Assembly (NCBI RefSeq): GCF_001194135.2
Contig: NC_068993.1
Location: forward strand, 46,035,316-46,099,315
Source: Octopus bimaculoides
Lineage: Eukaryota
Direction: 5' to 3'
Length of the DNA stretch: 64,000 bases
Part shown: positions 11,484 to 24,249 of the stretch, piece by piece
How the letters are laid out: every line of letters starts with the position of its first letter
How positions within the stretch are numbered: the stretch's first letter is position 1
Notes under the pieces: model-generated
What the model was told of the DNA's origin: nothing
What the model saw: the letters and a program-made list of their open reading frames with translations, nothing else
Database searches by the model: none
Position numbers and translations under genes: made by a program

Positions 11484-11520
11484 TCTTTGACGTTTCGAGC
11501 TACGCTCTTCAACAGAAAGA
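11484..11520 (-). ncRNA. Minimal type-I hammerhead ribozyme-like motif (Penelope-like element associated)
   Basis: Minus strand reads TCTTT-CTGTTGA-A-GAGC-GTA-GCTC-GAAA-CGTC-AAAGA. It has a perfect 5-bp helix I, a 4-bp helix II, a palindromic ACGT helix III and a GUC cleavage triplet. Core position 6 is U instead of A. Confidence 0.6.
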
Positions 11521-12389
11521 ATACGGAGACAAGGAGAAAAACACGGAGAAAAAAAATTGAATAGTGTTCAGTCAACGGTATTGATACAGAACGCTTTATA
11601 TGTGGGTGCATGAGTTTGGGTTTCGTATGTTTGAAACACTGTGATTGAGGGTGTATTCGCGTGTGAATATGTACGAGTACATATAAATATATCATATGAA
11701 TATATATTATATACACAATTGCGCTTTTAGCATGCTATGCGTTGATTGGTATCTTTTGCACAAACAAATATTTCTCATTATAACATGCACATATCGAAGG
11801 GACATATACAAATATTTATACATAAAAATACGCACACATACACATACATACACATAAAAAACACAAACATATATATGTTTGTGTGTGTGTGTAGTGTGTT
11901 TGCTTGTATATAGGTACGTGGGTTTACATAATAGTGGATCAGAATGATTTTAACATAATGTAATGCATGTTGTTATTATGTACTTATGTGCGTAAGTGTA
12001 CTTGTTTCTTGTATATAAGTGCAAATACTTATACAGATTATAGATTGATTTCTCTATGTGTTTAATACATCAGAGATCATATAAACGGATATAGAAGTTA
12101 GTACAATATACGAAATTCAATCGAATATAATGTCATGCGTCCATTTCAAATGCCTACAAAGATTTTGAATAGAAAAAATAACAGATTGGTTTTAAAAGTG
12201 TTCATTTTGCTACTGACTATGTATAGATTTGAGGTGCATATGTACTTTAGCGATGTTTCAATGTAGTTAATGAACGCAAATTTACAACTGTTGTATATTT
12301 CATCTGATATTAAAGTACTTCCTCCGCAGGTTACTTCAACTAGCCTCGAACGAAGGCTGCAATAATTTCACGATGTTTAGGAAGCTTAT

Positions 12390-12451
<62 letters not shown>

Positions 12452-12744
12452 NNNNNNNNNNNNNNNNNNNNNNNNNNNNNNNNNNNNNNNNNNNNNNNNN
12501 NNNNNNNNNNNNNNNNNNNNNNNNNNNNNNNNNNNNNNNNNNNNNNNNNNNNNNNNNNNNNNNNNNNNNNNNNNNNNNNNNNNNNNNNNNNNNNNNNNNN
12601 NNNNNNNNNNNNNNNNNNNNNNNNNNNNNNNNNNNNNNNNNNNNNNNNNNNNNNNNNNNNNNNNNNNNNNNNNNNNNNNNNNNNNNNNNNNNNNNNNNNN
12701 NNNNNNNNNNNNNNNNNNNNNCCACTTTCTCTCACTCTTACTTC

Positions 12745-12946
12745 CTGTTTCTGTTGTGCCTGTAATTCAAAGGGTCAGCCTTGTCACACTCTGTGTCACG
12801 CTGAATATCCCTGAGAACTACGTTAAGAGTACACTTGTCTGTGGAATGCTCAGCCACTTGCACGTTAATTTCAGGAGCAGGCTGTTCCGTTGATTGGATC
12901 AACTGGAATCCTCGACGTCGTAAGCGACGGAGTGCCAACAACAACA
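12745..12946 (+). mobile_element. SINE/LINE-tail family ending in (AAC)n
   Basis: Ends GGAGTGCCAACAACAACAA; reverse-complement homologue at about 18420-18625. Confidence 0.65.
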
Positions 12947-13192
12947 ATTTTTCTATGCTACTTCACCACATGCTGTACACATGTACATACATACATTCAT
13001 TAATGCATACATAAACATACATACATGCATACATACATACATACAAACATACATACATACATACATACATACATGTGTCTATACGTATAATAGCAATATT
13101 CATGAAGTATATTTGCCACTTAAATGTGACTAACCCTTAAGGGTAGATGCTACTGTAGAGTGTACCCCCAGGAAGACATCTACTGCAGCTGG

Positions 13193-13260
<68 letters not shown>

Positions 13261-13270
13261 NNNNNNNNNN

Positions 13271-13313
<43 letters not shown>

Positions 13314-13624
13314 CTTAGACAGATACATAGAGCAGGTTGTATACTTCTTAACATGCATACATTTAAGGAGACAAACATATGACAATGAAATAGGTGACAA
13401 TCTAGTTAGTGTCTGACATAATTATTAGACACTCAATAAATAAAATCATTATAATGAGTTGACGGTACTCCAACTGTATCCATTACTTACTTACGTAAAT
13501 GCATATAATCTCACATATGCACACACACACGCACACACACGCACACACAGACACACACATGCATTTATATATAAATGTGTGCGTATATGTATGTGTGTGT
13601 ATATATACATACATACATACATAC

Positions 13625-13708
<84 letters not shown>

Positions 13709-15014
13709 GTATATAGTGACAGACATGTGCACACATATATAGTCATACATGTGTCCATGCATATTTCGAAGCATTTATCTATATACATGCGTATAATGAC
13801 TGTCGTTTCATCGGGGCAAATTGTAATAGAAATTAGTATAATTACGAAAATGTCATGATTTATGTGTCTCCCTCGTTAGATGATCTCTTGTTTTCGGCAA
13901 GTTTTCCAAGCCATTAACAAACTTTCAAGCGTGTGAAGAACTAAGGAAGAAAAAAAGTATGTTATTTGAATAAATTGATATTCATCAATGCAGTCAATGG
14001 TCGACATTTGGAAGTATGTGTATCTTTATGTATACATATATGTATAAACACACACATACACACACAAAGACACACACACGAAAACGCATAGGCACACATA
14101 CGCAAACGCACGAGCGCGCGCGCATAGACACATCCATCTTTTATAATAAACGCGAAATTCTGTACGTCCTGTACACCTTGTATCTCAGTCTACGTTTACT
14201 CTGTACAGACATATTATACCTTTTTGGATTCAAAATAATCCCGAGATTGAGAATCTGCCCTTAATTTGGTACTTGAGCAACCAGCATTGGGATCAGGCCT
14301 GGATGAGGGTTTGTTGTATGCTAACAGTTGAAAATATTTTCATTTAAATAGAATTTTAAGTAATACCAAAAGTTTGTGAATTCTTCTGAGATGGAAGAAT
14401 ACCAATAAATGCTTTGTTATTGAATGTTCTCTCTAGTTTGGGGCCGCAGACCCAATTAGCTCTTTGTAGGTACATAATTATGATTATAAATATATGTAAA
14501 TATGTGTACGTATTTATTCATATACGTGTATGCATAGAAATATGCATGTATACGTATGTATGTATATGTATGAACATTTATATGTGTATATATAGGTGTG
14601 CGTGTGTGTGTGTGTTTGTGTGTGTGCACATGTGTATGCATGTTTGTGTAAGAGACTGAGTGTGTGTGTGAGCTTTTTTGTGTGAGCTTGTGTGTGTATA
14701 TGTGTGTCTCATGTCTGCACTTAACAATTCCCAGACTTTGCTAGAATTATGAAATAATATATTCTTGTTAAAAAGTTATATCCTTAGTATAGTCTTATCT
14801 GGTATAGTCTAATCTGGTACCATATAGTCTAGAAATCTGTACTGTCCAAGGTAAGAAAAGCAATTCCGATAAATCACTAACAAAAAGCACGGACAATAAA
14901 CTCTGCACTTCGTCAGTTCCTTTATGAATTTCAACACATTAAGGCAGCGTCGCAATCTCGAACGTTGAAAAACAATATTGGTTTCAGATTTTGACACAAG
15001 GCTAGTCATTTTGA

Positions 15015-15097
<83 letters not shown>

Positions 15098-15926
15098 AGG
15101 CGTTTACATCCACATCAGTATTCAACTGGTATTTATTATATCGTCCTCGAAAAGTGGAAAGGCAAAGGTGACGTCGGCAGAATATGATACCAAACAATAA
15201 TAATGGAAAGACTGTAAGTGTGAATAATGAAAACACATTGAAGGTATCCAGACTACCGTGTGAAATTACATCCTATAAACAATCAATCATTATTAATAAA
15301 TCAACAGATACTAATTAGATAGTGGTGAAAGAATCATATCACTTCAGAAACAATCGAAAATAATATGCAAACCTATGAAAATCTTGTGAATCTTTGTTTC
15401 TCCCTAACTCCAATAAATTGAGCATAAATGTACACATAAATTTTACTGATAGAAGAAGCTTCAAAGGTCAAAGCTTCCTTGTTCAAGCTTAGGAAAAAAA
15501 CACTCCGTTACTGGTTTTCAGCTTGTCTGCTACATAAAACGATTGTATGGAAGATGTTACTAATAAATTCTCCGAATATATTTATTGCTTCAAATTATCT
15601 CCCAATATTTTGGAAGTTGCTAAAACTAGCCACTAAGGTTTTTTTTAAAAATAAAATGTGCATTACAAATTATAAGAAGAAATTTAGCATTTGCAATGTT
15701 CATTTTATTAAAATTCTTAGCTCTTTCGTTTAGAGCATCACGTCCTGCATGACCGTCTAAATTTGAACCGTTGGCCAATTTGAGTTTCTTCGCTTTAATA
15801 ATATACTCTGGTTATTATTATGCTAATTATTCCGGTAAAAAGTTTGTTATTATTCTAGAAAAAGTTTCTCTTCGCTGATCGATCAACCTTGAGCAGACAA
15901 TGCTTCGCTAATGAGGTTACATATAC

Positions 15927-15997
<71 letters not shown>

Positions 15998-16755
15998 TAT
16001 ATATATGTATATATACGTAAAAATATGTGGAGTATATATATATATGTATTTATGAGAGGTGTCATTTCTTTGTATAAAATGATAAAATTGAATTGGATTT
16101 ATCATTTAATGATTACATTATTTATTGTTTTGGTTTCCATTTCTATTTTATATTTATATATTGATAAACTGTTTGTTTACTTTATTTATTTACCTATTTG
16201 TTAAGACCGATAGTTCATAACATTGATATAGATAAAAATAAACTCAGTAAATTCTTCGGATATTTAATATACCTTAGGTGGTTATTTAACACGTAGCTAA
16301 ATTGCTGTATATATATCAATCATTTACACACTGTAGTGCGTAAATAATTCTCTTAAGGTCAACATTTACTCACCCGCCACCACTGCTAGGCTTTGTCACT
16401 AAATTAGTTTTTAACCAAATCAGATGATGTTTCTATTTTTAGATTGGTCACCTCATAAGCTATATTTCAAACTAAACGATTTGAAAATTGATACAGTAGA
16501 AAAAAAGTTTGAGTCAAATATCTGAGGTCACAAACAGGAGAATAACGCCTGAAATCGAATTTGAGTCCAAAGATTTTCTTTTTACAGAAATCTATATTTT
16601 ATTTTAGCTTATATGATAGATCTCGACGACTGGAATTTAACCACGTTAGTTATATGGAAAATTATTCAGTAGAGAAAAAGTACCTTGGATTGACTTATTA
16701 CACGAATTCTACTGTATTTAAATAAAATTAATTTTATCTTATTTTATATTTAAAA

Positions 16756-16965
16756 TACAGTTGTTTCCAAAAATAAGCCCATGGAACTAAATCCAGAATT
16801 AAATAATTTTGCTTAAATAAATTTTCTCTGAAAATAATCTAAATTACTGGGGTTATGCATGGAAAGAGTTTCTGAATATAAGCCCATAGGCTTAATACCG
16901 GATGGGCTTATGTTTGGAAAATCCCAATAATGTCTTTATAGTTTTTGTTTTAATAAAATACTGTA
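16756..16965. mobile_element. pogo/Tigger-like MITE remnant
   Basis: TTCCAAAAATAAGCCCAT (16765-16782) and 16902-16919 are inverted at 17/18. Outer TACAGT/ACTGTA ends and a repeated TAAGCCC motif. Confidence 0.4.
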
Positions 16966-17139
16966 TATTTTTAAAATGTTATTCTCGGCTGCAATATAGA
17001 ATTTTAATTTTAAGTATTTTGAGTTTACTTTAGAGGTGACGAATTAGGCAAATTCTAATGTAGAAATATTGTGCTGTACTTTCCCAGGTGTAATAACTTA
17101 ACAATATTAACATGTAATCGTCCGTATTTTTCATTGTAA

Positions 17140-17255
<116 letters not shown>

Positions 17256-17413
17256 TATATGTGTGTGTGTATGTGTATATGTGTGTGTGTGTACATATAT
17301 ATGTATATATATATGTGTGTATATACATGTATGTGTGTGAGCGCGCGCGTATGGATATTTGAGTATACACACACAGACACACACGCACACACACATATAT
17401 ACACATACATGCA

Positions 17414-17446
<33 letters not shown>

Positions 17447-17804
17447 GCGCATATCCATACACATTTTCGATATAATGTCTCATAACAGACATAATCATGA
17501 CCACAATATGCATTATCATCATTGTCATCAGCATCATCTTCCCCTTCTTCCTTCTGCACCTCCTCCTCCTCCTCCTCCACCTCGTCTTCATCATCATCAT
17601 TTACATAAACAGGGCAAACAACAATCGACAAATCTAACGTTATTGCTACTTACATTTATCATATCCGTCATTATAATTAAACTAGTAATGTTTCGTATCA
17701 TTTGCCCCTCTGAAAACGCTATCACTATCATCCTCATCATTGGCGTCTTTGTCGTCGTCATCATCATCATCATCATCATCCCTATTATCATTTTAGTAGT
17801 AGTA

Positions 17805-17958
<154 letters not shown>

Positions 17959-18419
17959 CTTAATCTTTATTGTTACCGCTATGTGTGACAGCGAAATATT
18001 CGATATATTTTACGTGTCTTATCGTCTTGGAGCAGAATACAAATAGACAACGGAGAGTAATAATTATTTGGAAAAAGAAGAAGAGAAAGTCTAAGAATTG
18101 AAGATTATAACAACAACATCGACTACAATAACAACTACAAGTACAATAAGAGCAGTAACAGCAACAACAACAACAACAATAACAACCGCAAAACTAGGCA
18201 CAACAGCAATATCATTGACAGTAGCAACAACAACTTCAACAAGCCAAATGAGAAGAGACAAAATTACCAATCACTACGGTTGTAACAATGGTTACAATAA
18301 AACAACAGCAAAAGACATACAATGCCAAACAATACCAAAAAACAGTAGCAAAAGGGATTATGATACCTATGATGCTTGAGCTTTTAGAAATAGTAGCTAA
18401 ATTCCCCTCAAATTACACT

Positions 18420-18625
18420 TCACTGGACCTGGTCCGACTCTCCATCGGTTATAACGACGAGTGTTTCAGTTTATCCGATTAACGGTACAATCTCTTCGTG
18501 AAATTAACGTACAAGTCACTGAGCACTCCAGAATCACGCGTACCCATAACTTATTTCTTAGGGAGATGTAGAATGACACAATGTAACAAGGCTGGCCCTT
18601 TGAACTACAGCTACCACTCACTTTT
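18420..18625 (-). mobile_element. (AAC)n-tail SINE family copy (degenerate)
   Basis: Reverse complement of 12745-12946 blocks (GAAATTAACGT.CAAGTG.CTGAGCA.TCCA, ACAAGGCTG.CCCTTTGAA.TACAG). Confidence 0.6.
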
Positions 18626-18744
18626 GTGAGACTAAAGATTTTTGAAGAGCATGTATAACGACTGTAGCAGTCTCACTACTTGACTGGTACTTTATTTTCT
18701 CGACTATAAAGCGGTGAAAAGCAAAGTTGATTTGAAACTATATG

Positions 18745-19090
18745 GATTTCGGTTCAGCCTCACTGCGCGGTATCTTGCAAAAATGTCTTCTACTATATGG
18801 CTTGGGTGTACTATAGTTCCGGGTTGACTAATGACTTGAGGGAATTGAGCAGACGTAAACTAAGCCCGTGGTATACATAGATATGTGTGCGTGCGTGCGT
18901 GTTTGTTTGTTTCCCACCAACAGTTGACGGCTGGTGTTAGTCTATAAAGTCCCTGTGAATTAGTGGTTCGGCAAAAAAGACAAATTGGATATGTATCAGA
19001 CTTGAATATAAGTCAATAGGGACGATTTTTCTCCTATACGCTTGAAGGCGGTGCCCCAGTGTAGTCACAGATTAAAGAATGAAACAAGAA
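18745..19090 (+). mobile_element. tRNA-derived SINE family S2 (CORE-like), degenerate
   Basis: Homologous along its length to 30293-30704. Confidence 0.65.
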
Positions 19091-19925
19091 AACAAGTGAA
19101 GAAGTAAATATTAGCATTGGCATAACCATTAAGAATATCATTATCAACAACAGCAACAACAACAACAACAACAACAGGCCAACATCATCAATAACATCAT
19201 CAAATCAACAAGAGGACTATGAACAGCATAATTAAAGAATATTGTTCATTTGTAATGAGCAATAGCTTTTGATTGGTGCCACGACGAGAAGATGGAAGCT
19301 GATTGTCTCTCGATAACGTGACGTATCTGTGATTCATTTGCATGATTAAATCGTTGTTTAATTAACAAACTCATTAAAATAAGTTGTATTAAAGGGCCTC
19401 CGTTTGTTGTGCGTATATGGTGTGTGTGGGTGTATGTGGTTTGGGTAGAGCTGTGACGCAGCTAATTTTAAAGTAATGGCTCTAATTAAGAGTCTTTCCC
19501 AACATCATTAACATAATAGTCATCGTCAACATACGCTACGCCTTAATTGTCATCATCATTTCGAATACTGATCGCTATTGTTGTTATTTTTAATTTTGAT
19601 GCCAGCTGAAATTCTGCTGCTCGTGCTGCTGCTGCTGCTATTGTTAATTTTGATGCCAGCTGTAACGCTACACTTTTTGTTGTTCTTCTTTATTTTGATG
19701 CCGGTCTTAATTCTATTGTTTTTCTTGTTTGCTTGTCTTCTGTGATTACATTCAAATTCCGCTTTTAATATTCCAAAATAAATTAATGAAAATTTATATG
19801 AATAAATATATAGGCTTGGTTTTTCGAATCTTTCATGAGAGGACAAAGAATCGGGCCCTAGCCTAGAAACAAGACTCATTCATTGGAATTTAAAGACCAG
19901 ATATGCATGCATATATGTATGTATG

Positions 19926-19958
<33 letters not shown>

Positions 19959-19960
<2 letters not shown>

Positions 19961-20375
19961 CCAAGATCCAAGGTTTCTTCATTGGAATTTCAACATCAAC
20001 GGGGTATTTTTGAATGTATGTATGCAGGCATATTATGTATGAATGCATGCACATTTTTAAGTTTTGTTATGCATGTATTTTCATGCATATAATCATATAT
20101 CTAGACATGATCATTTTTAATTAAATGATAAACTGGAAAGTTCTAGAGATTTTTACAGTCCCAGTGATGGCTTGTATCTGTATTCTTTGTGTAAGCTATC
20201 ACCTTTCTGGTTTTGAGAAGCCTAATTTCTCAAGTTTGGTATTTAGGCAGTGTGTTACATAACTCAGTACCCCAATAATTACAGTTATATAAACCTGAAA
20301 TTGTGACCTGGATAGAGTAACTGCAGATTTCTCAATAATTCAGCGCAGGAATTTTATTTTCTGCTGAATATATGT
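19959..20375 (-). mobile_element. R4/Dong-type REL LINE family F, 5'-truncated copy
   Basis: Diverged tandem homologue of 20432-20930; its 3' side abuts (TACA)n. Confidence 0.75.
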
Positions 20376-20431
20376 ATTTAGGTAGATATGTATGTATGTA
20401 TCTATGCATGTATATATGTGTGTCATTAATC

Positions 20432-20930
20432 AGTTTTATTTCACGATTTCTTGCCAATACAGAAAGAAGCGGTTTCTAACCTAGATCTGTGACTCCTTCA
20501 TTAGGTATATTTGTATGTATGTATCTATGTATATATGCAGATGTATATAGTTGCATATCTAGACATCCTCATATATATTTAAATGATCAACATCTGGAAA
20601 GTTTCACAGAATTTTACCGTTCCAGTGATGGACTGGATCTGTAGTCTTCGAATGAGCTTCCCATTTCTGGTTTGAGAAGCCTTATTTCTCAAGATTGGTA
20701 TTTAGACGGTGTTTTACATATCCCAAGGCCCCAATAATTACAGGTATAAACGTGAACTTGTAGTTTAGATAGAGTAATTGCAGATTATCAATAGTTCAGC
20801 GTAGATATTCTCTTTTTCACTGATCTTCAGCTTTAAGTTAACATCCGCTGGGCAGCTAATGTCCAAAACTGTACACAGCTTTTCTTCTCTAGCACAAATC
20901 ATTATAGCAGGTCTGTTGTGCGAACATTTT
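20432..20930 (-). mobile_element. R4/Dong-type REL LINE family F, 5'-truncated copy
   Basis: Minus strand reads KCSHNRPAIMICAREEKLCTVLDISCPADVNLKLKISEKENIYAELL/NLQLLYLNYKFTFIPVIIGALGYVKHRLNTNLEK...IQSITGTVKFC, a PD-(D/E)xK-type REL C-terminus. The 3' UTR ends at a (TACA)n-type tract. Confidence 0.85.
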
Positions 20931-21044
20931 TTTTTTATTATTTCATTTTCTATATTTATCTTTAATATAAGATTAATATAGATCAGATCATTTTTGATAT
21001 AAGATTAATAGAGACGACCGAAGCCTGTAGCAGTTACACATTCT

Positions 21045-21245
21045 CGACCATCTGGTAGAATCGTTAAGCACGCGAATAAAATGCTTGGCGGTATTTCGTC
21101 CGTCTTCACGTTCGGAATTCAAATTCCGCCGAAGTCTGCTGTGTTTTTCACTCTTTTGGGGTCGATAAAATACGTAGAGGTTAAACACTGCGGTATATGT
21201 AAACGACTTACCCCAAAATTGCTGGCCCTGTTCCAAAATTTGACA
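21045..21245 (+). mobile_element. tRNA-derived SINE S1
   Basis: TGGTAGAATCGTTAAGCACG head and GAATTCAAATTCCGCCG B-box region. Confidence 0.8.
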
Positions 21246-21939
21246 TCCTCGATTTCTTTCCATGGGTAAAAGTTTAAAAGCGTAATAGACAATCACGCAT
21301 TGCAACAAGCAGAATAATTTTATGAATGTTGTTATATCTCAATTAGAAATGTCATTTTACCATCCTCGAGCATTTTGTAAGTTTTCTAATACGTGGCTGG
21401 GAAAGAAAAAGAAGCTACAACTCAGAAGAAAGTAGATATCAGCATATCTAATTTACCACAGATCAGAAACCAATCCTGATGGGTGACAACAAAATGAACT
21501 CTTCTGAAAGCAATGAAAAAGAACCCAATAGATTGTTTTAAAACAGGAACGCGGTTTCAGTCTACTACCTAAAAGCGAGCATAATTTCCCTGACAGGCTT
21601 TCTGTACTGATTGGGTCGACACAATTTCAATCACAAGGTTTTAGTCGAACTGAAGTGCAGCTTGAAGAAAATTGCCGATTTTGGCTACGTAGCATGATCG
21701 AACCTGGAAATTTGTGATTGAGAGACTAACGTCATAATCATACAACCAGTAAATCATGCAACCCGTTTAAATAGCACTGAATAATGTTTTATGTAAGACT
21801 CTTCGAATGCTGGCTCGCCATTCTTCGCTATGATTTAATCTGTCACAATATATTATCCATCGTTTATCTAAGTTGAATAACAGACTTTCTTCGGTTTCTA
21901 TCAGTTATTTTCAATGTCTTTCTTTGTTATTCTTTGCAG

Positions 21940-22077
21940 TGTGATCCTGGAATAGCTACGGATGCTCTTTACAATTTGATATACTGTAAACCAGAGATGA
22001 TAATGTTTATTGGAGGTGCTTGCACTGAAGTCACGAAAACTCTTGGAGAAATAGTGCCTTACTGGAACCTAATATTG
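21940..22077 (+). CDS. Internal exon of a GABA-B-type class C GPCR (Venus-flytrap/ANF-receptor domain), GABA-B-R3-like
   Basis: Polypyrimidine acceptor TCTTTGTTATTCTTTGCAG and donor GTAAGT; 138 nt, phase 0-0, open. Translates CDPGIATDALYNLIYCKPEMIMFIGGACTEVTKTLGEIVPYWNLIL, matching the GABA-B CDPG...C..V......WNL segment. Confidence 0.9.
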
Positions 22078-22371
22078 GTAAGTTACGTTATCCGATACAT
22101 AACCATATAATTTCCACAATAACAGGGACCTTATCTTTTTGCAACCTAGCATTTCTTTGTATTAACGTACAGTGCTGCAACTACAAGATTTATTTCTATA
22201 TTTTACTTCTGAAACATGATTCATAATTCATGTCTGTAACGAAACCTTGTTGTTTATAGTTGGAAACTATGATTCTACATTTATGTTATTGTAGTAGATT
22301 TGATAAATGTCTTATAGCTGTGACTGCTATACTGATTGTTTCTCTGGATTATACATATATACAAATATATA

Positions 22372-22452
22372 GTTTCCGCCTTCCATATCCATTCACAAAG
22401 TTTTGGTCGGCCCGAGGTTATAGTAGAGGACACTTGCCCAAGGTGCCACGCA
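22372..22452 (-). mobile_element. SINE S2 fragment
   Basis: CACTTGCCCAAGGTGCCACGC and GGTCGGCCCGAGG blocks as in 29632-29770. Confidence 0.8.
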
Positions 22453-22453
22453 T

Positions 22454-22547
<94 letters not shown>

Positions 22548-22548
<1 letters not shown>

Positions 22549-22985
22549 TGGAATGAAAGCGTTTGAAGAGGCCAGAATAACGCATGCAAAACTCAAAAGA
22601 GATATAAGGAAGAATGTTACGATCGAGAAGGTGAATCGCTGGTGTGACAGACCATGCCTTTCTTTTGCTGGAGTCAAATCCCATTTGCAAACCCATGGAA
22701 AACGAAGCTGCACCAACTACTCTGTCTATATGTCTGTACACACCTTTCAATACAATGTGTGGCATAATGTCCACAAATTTAATGGAGGCCTCAAAAGACA
22801 TTTTAAGATCCACAAAGGTCAGAACTTATCAGCAACTTTTGGTGGTCCAAACCAGATGTGCATTCTATGTGGGTGCCCTTTCAGAACATTGCCTGGTTCA
22901 AAAAGCCGCATCAGATGTCATGATGGTTCTGAAGTGTAGGTACAGGAGGTGGTCAAACTGTGCATAAGGAGTAGACAACCACCAT
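22548..22985 (+). mobile_element. RTE-type LINE 3' end with three degenerate C2H2-like fingers
   Basis: GMKAFEEARITHAKLKRDIRK followed by WCDRPCLSFAGVKSHLQTH, FQYNVWHNVHKFNGGLKRHFKIH and CILCGCPFRTLPGSKSRIRCH. A short 3' UTR follows. Flanked by (TG)n and (TA)n, with no splice signals. Confidence 0.65.
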
Positions 22986-23004
22986 ATATATATATATATA
23001 TATA

Positions 23005-23100
23005 CTGTAAATCCTCGAGTATAATACACACTTTTTTCCAAAATTTTAAAGGTCAAAACTTCTAGTGCGTACTGTATACGAGGTTCAAAATGAAAAATAT
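23005..23100 (+). mobile_element. Tigger/pogo-like transposon left end
   Basis: TA|CTGTAAATCCTCGAGTATAATACAC...TGCGTACTGTATACGAGG is the typical terminal and subterminal motif. No matching right end was seen. Confidence 0.45.
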
Positions 23101-24249
23101 TTTCTTAGCAAAACTTTCTAAGTGATAAATATGTAATGGCAATTTGGATAATTTTGGATAATTCTATATCTTAAGATTTCATGCTCTTTAATAAAGATTA
23201 CTTTGCAATCCTCAGTATAGATACCAGGACAAATATATAAGCGAAATATACCTATACATACCGATAAATCTGTTCGAACACTTGCCAATATATACATCCA
23301 TTTCCTGCGGATACATTCCGTCTACTAGCTCATCTCGACCATGTTGTTAACGTCAGAAATCGTACGGGGTAAATATAATGCCGCAGTATGATATAATGAC
23401 TAGAGAACTCAAAATTATTTATACTTATAAATTGAGAATATAATCATTAGAATGATTATATTAGTGGCTAAAAAGATGGAGAAAAAGAGAGACAGAAACA
23501 GAGAAAGAACGAGTCAGACAGAGACAGAAAGACAAAATGGTAGGTGATGCGAGACGGGTGATATTTACCGAGACGTATCCCAAGTATTTATATGTGAAGA
23601 GACAATTAATGTTTCTCTGTGCTAACAGAGATCATCCATTACGAGGCACTATTCTATTAAAACCGTAATTACATTCTTACAATAAAAATTTCAAGCAGCG
23701 TTTCTGGAACAAAGACATAAAAACGTTCAATACATAACACACACACAAACCAACAATCAACTGTGCACATTCACACATACACGTACATGTATATACACAC
23801 ACACATACACACACACACGCGCACATACACTTTCACACACACAAACAGAAACACACACACTCAAAAACACACTCACACACACACATTCACACACAGACGC
23901 ACAGGTGCAACAGCAATTTCTTCAGACAAGTACGTTCACTTCTTTGAATCTTCGATTTCCCGCCGTATTACTTCCTAGCCAAGAACGTGTGATTCTTTTG
24001 TGTAGACATTCTGTATTCATTGTTGTCTCCTTTTGTTAAGACTCATTCTGTCGCGAGACATACGTGATTCCAAAAATTCTGAGGTTGGAAGCGAAAGGGA
24101 GGGTAAAATATCGATGAATAATAAAAACAACCTTGATGGTAACATTCCAATCAACTCACTGATTATATTTGCGTACCCATGTATATTTATTTCTTTATTG
24201 CCCACAAGGAGCGAAACATAGAGGGAACAAACGAGGAAAAACAAAGGCA

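Noticed and set aside
19570-19730. Three copies of ATTTTGATGCC(AGCTG)
   Set aside because: A short local slippage duplication within degenerate trinucleotide repeats, with no sign of function.
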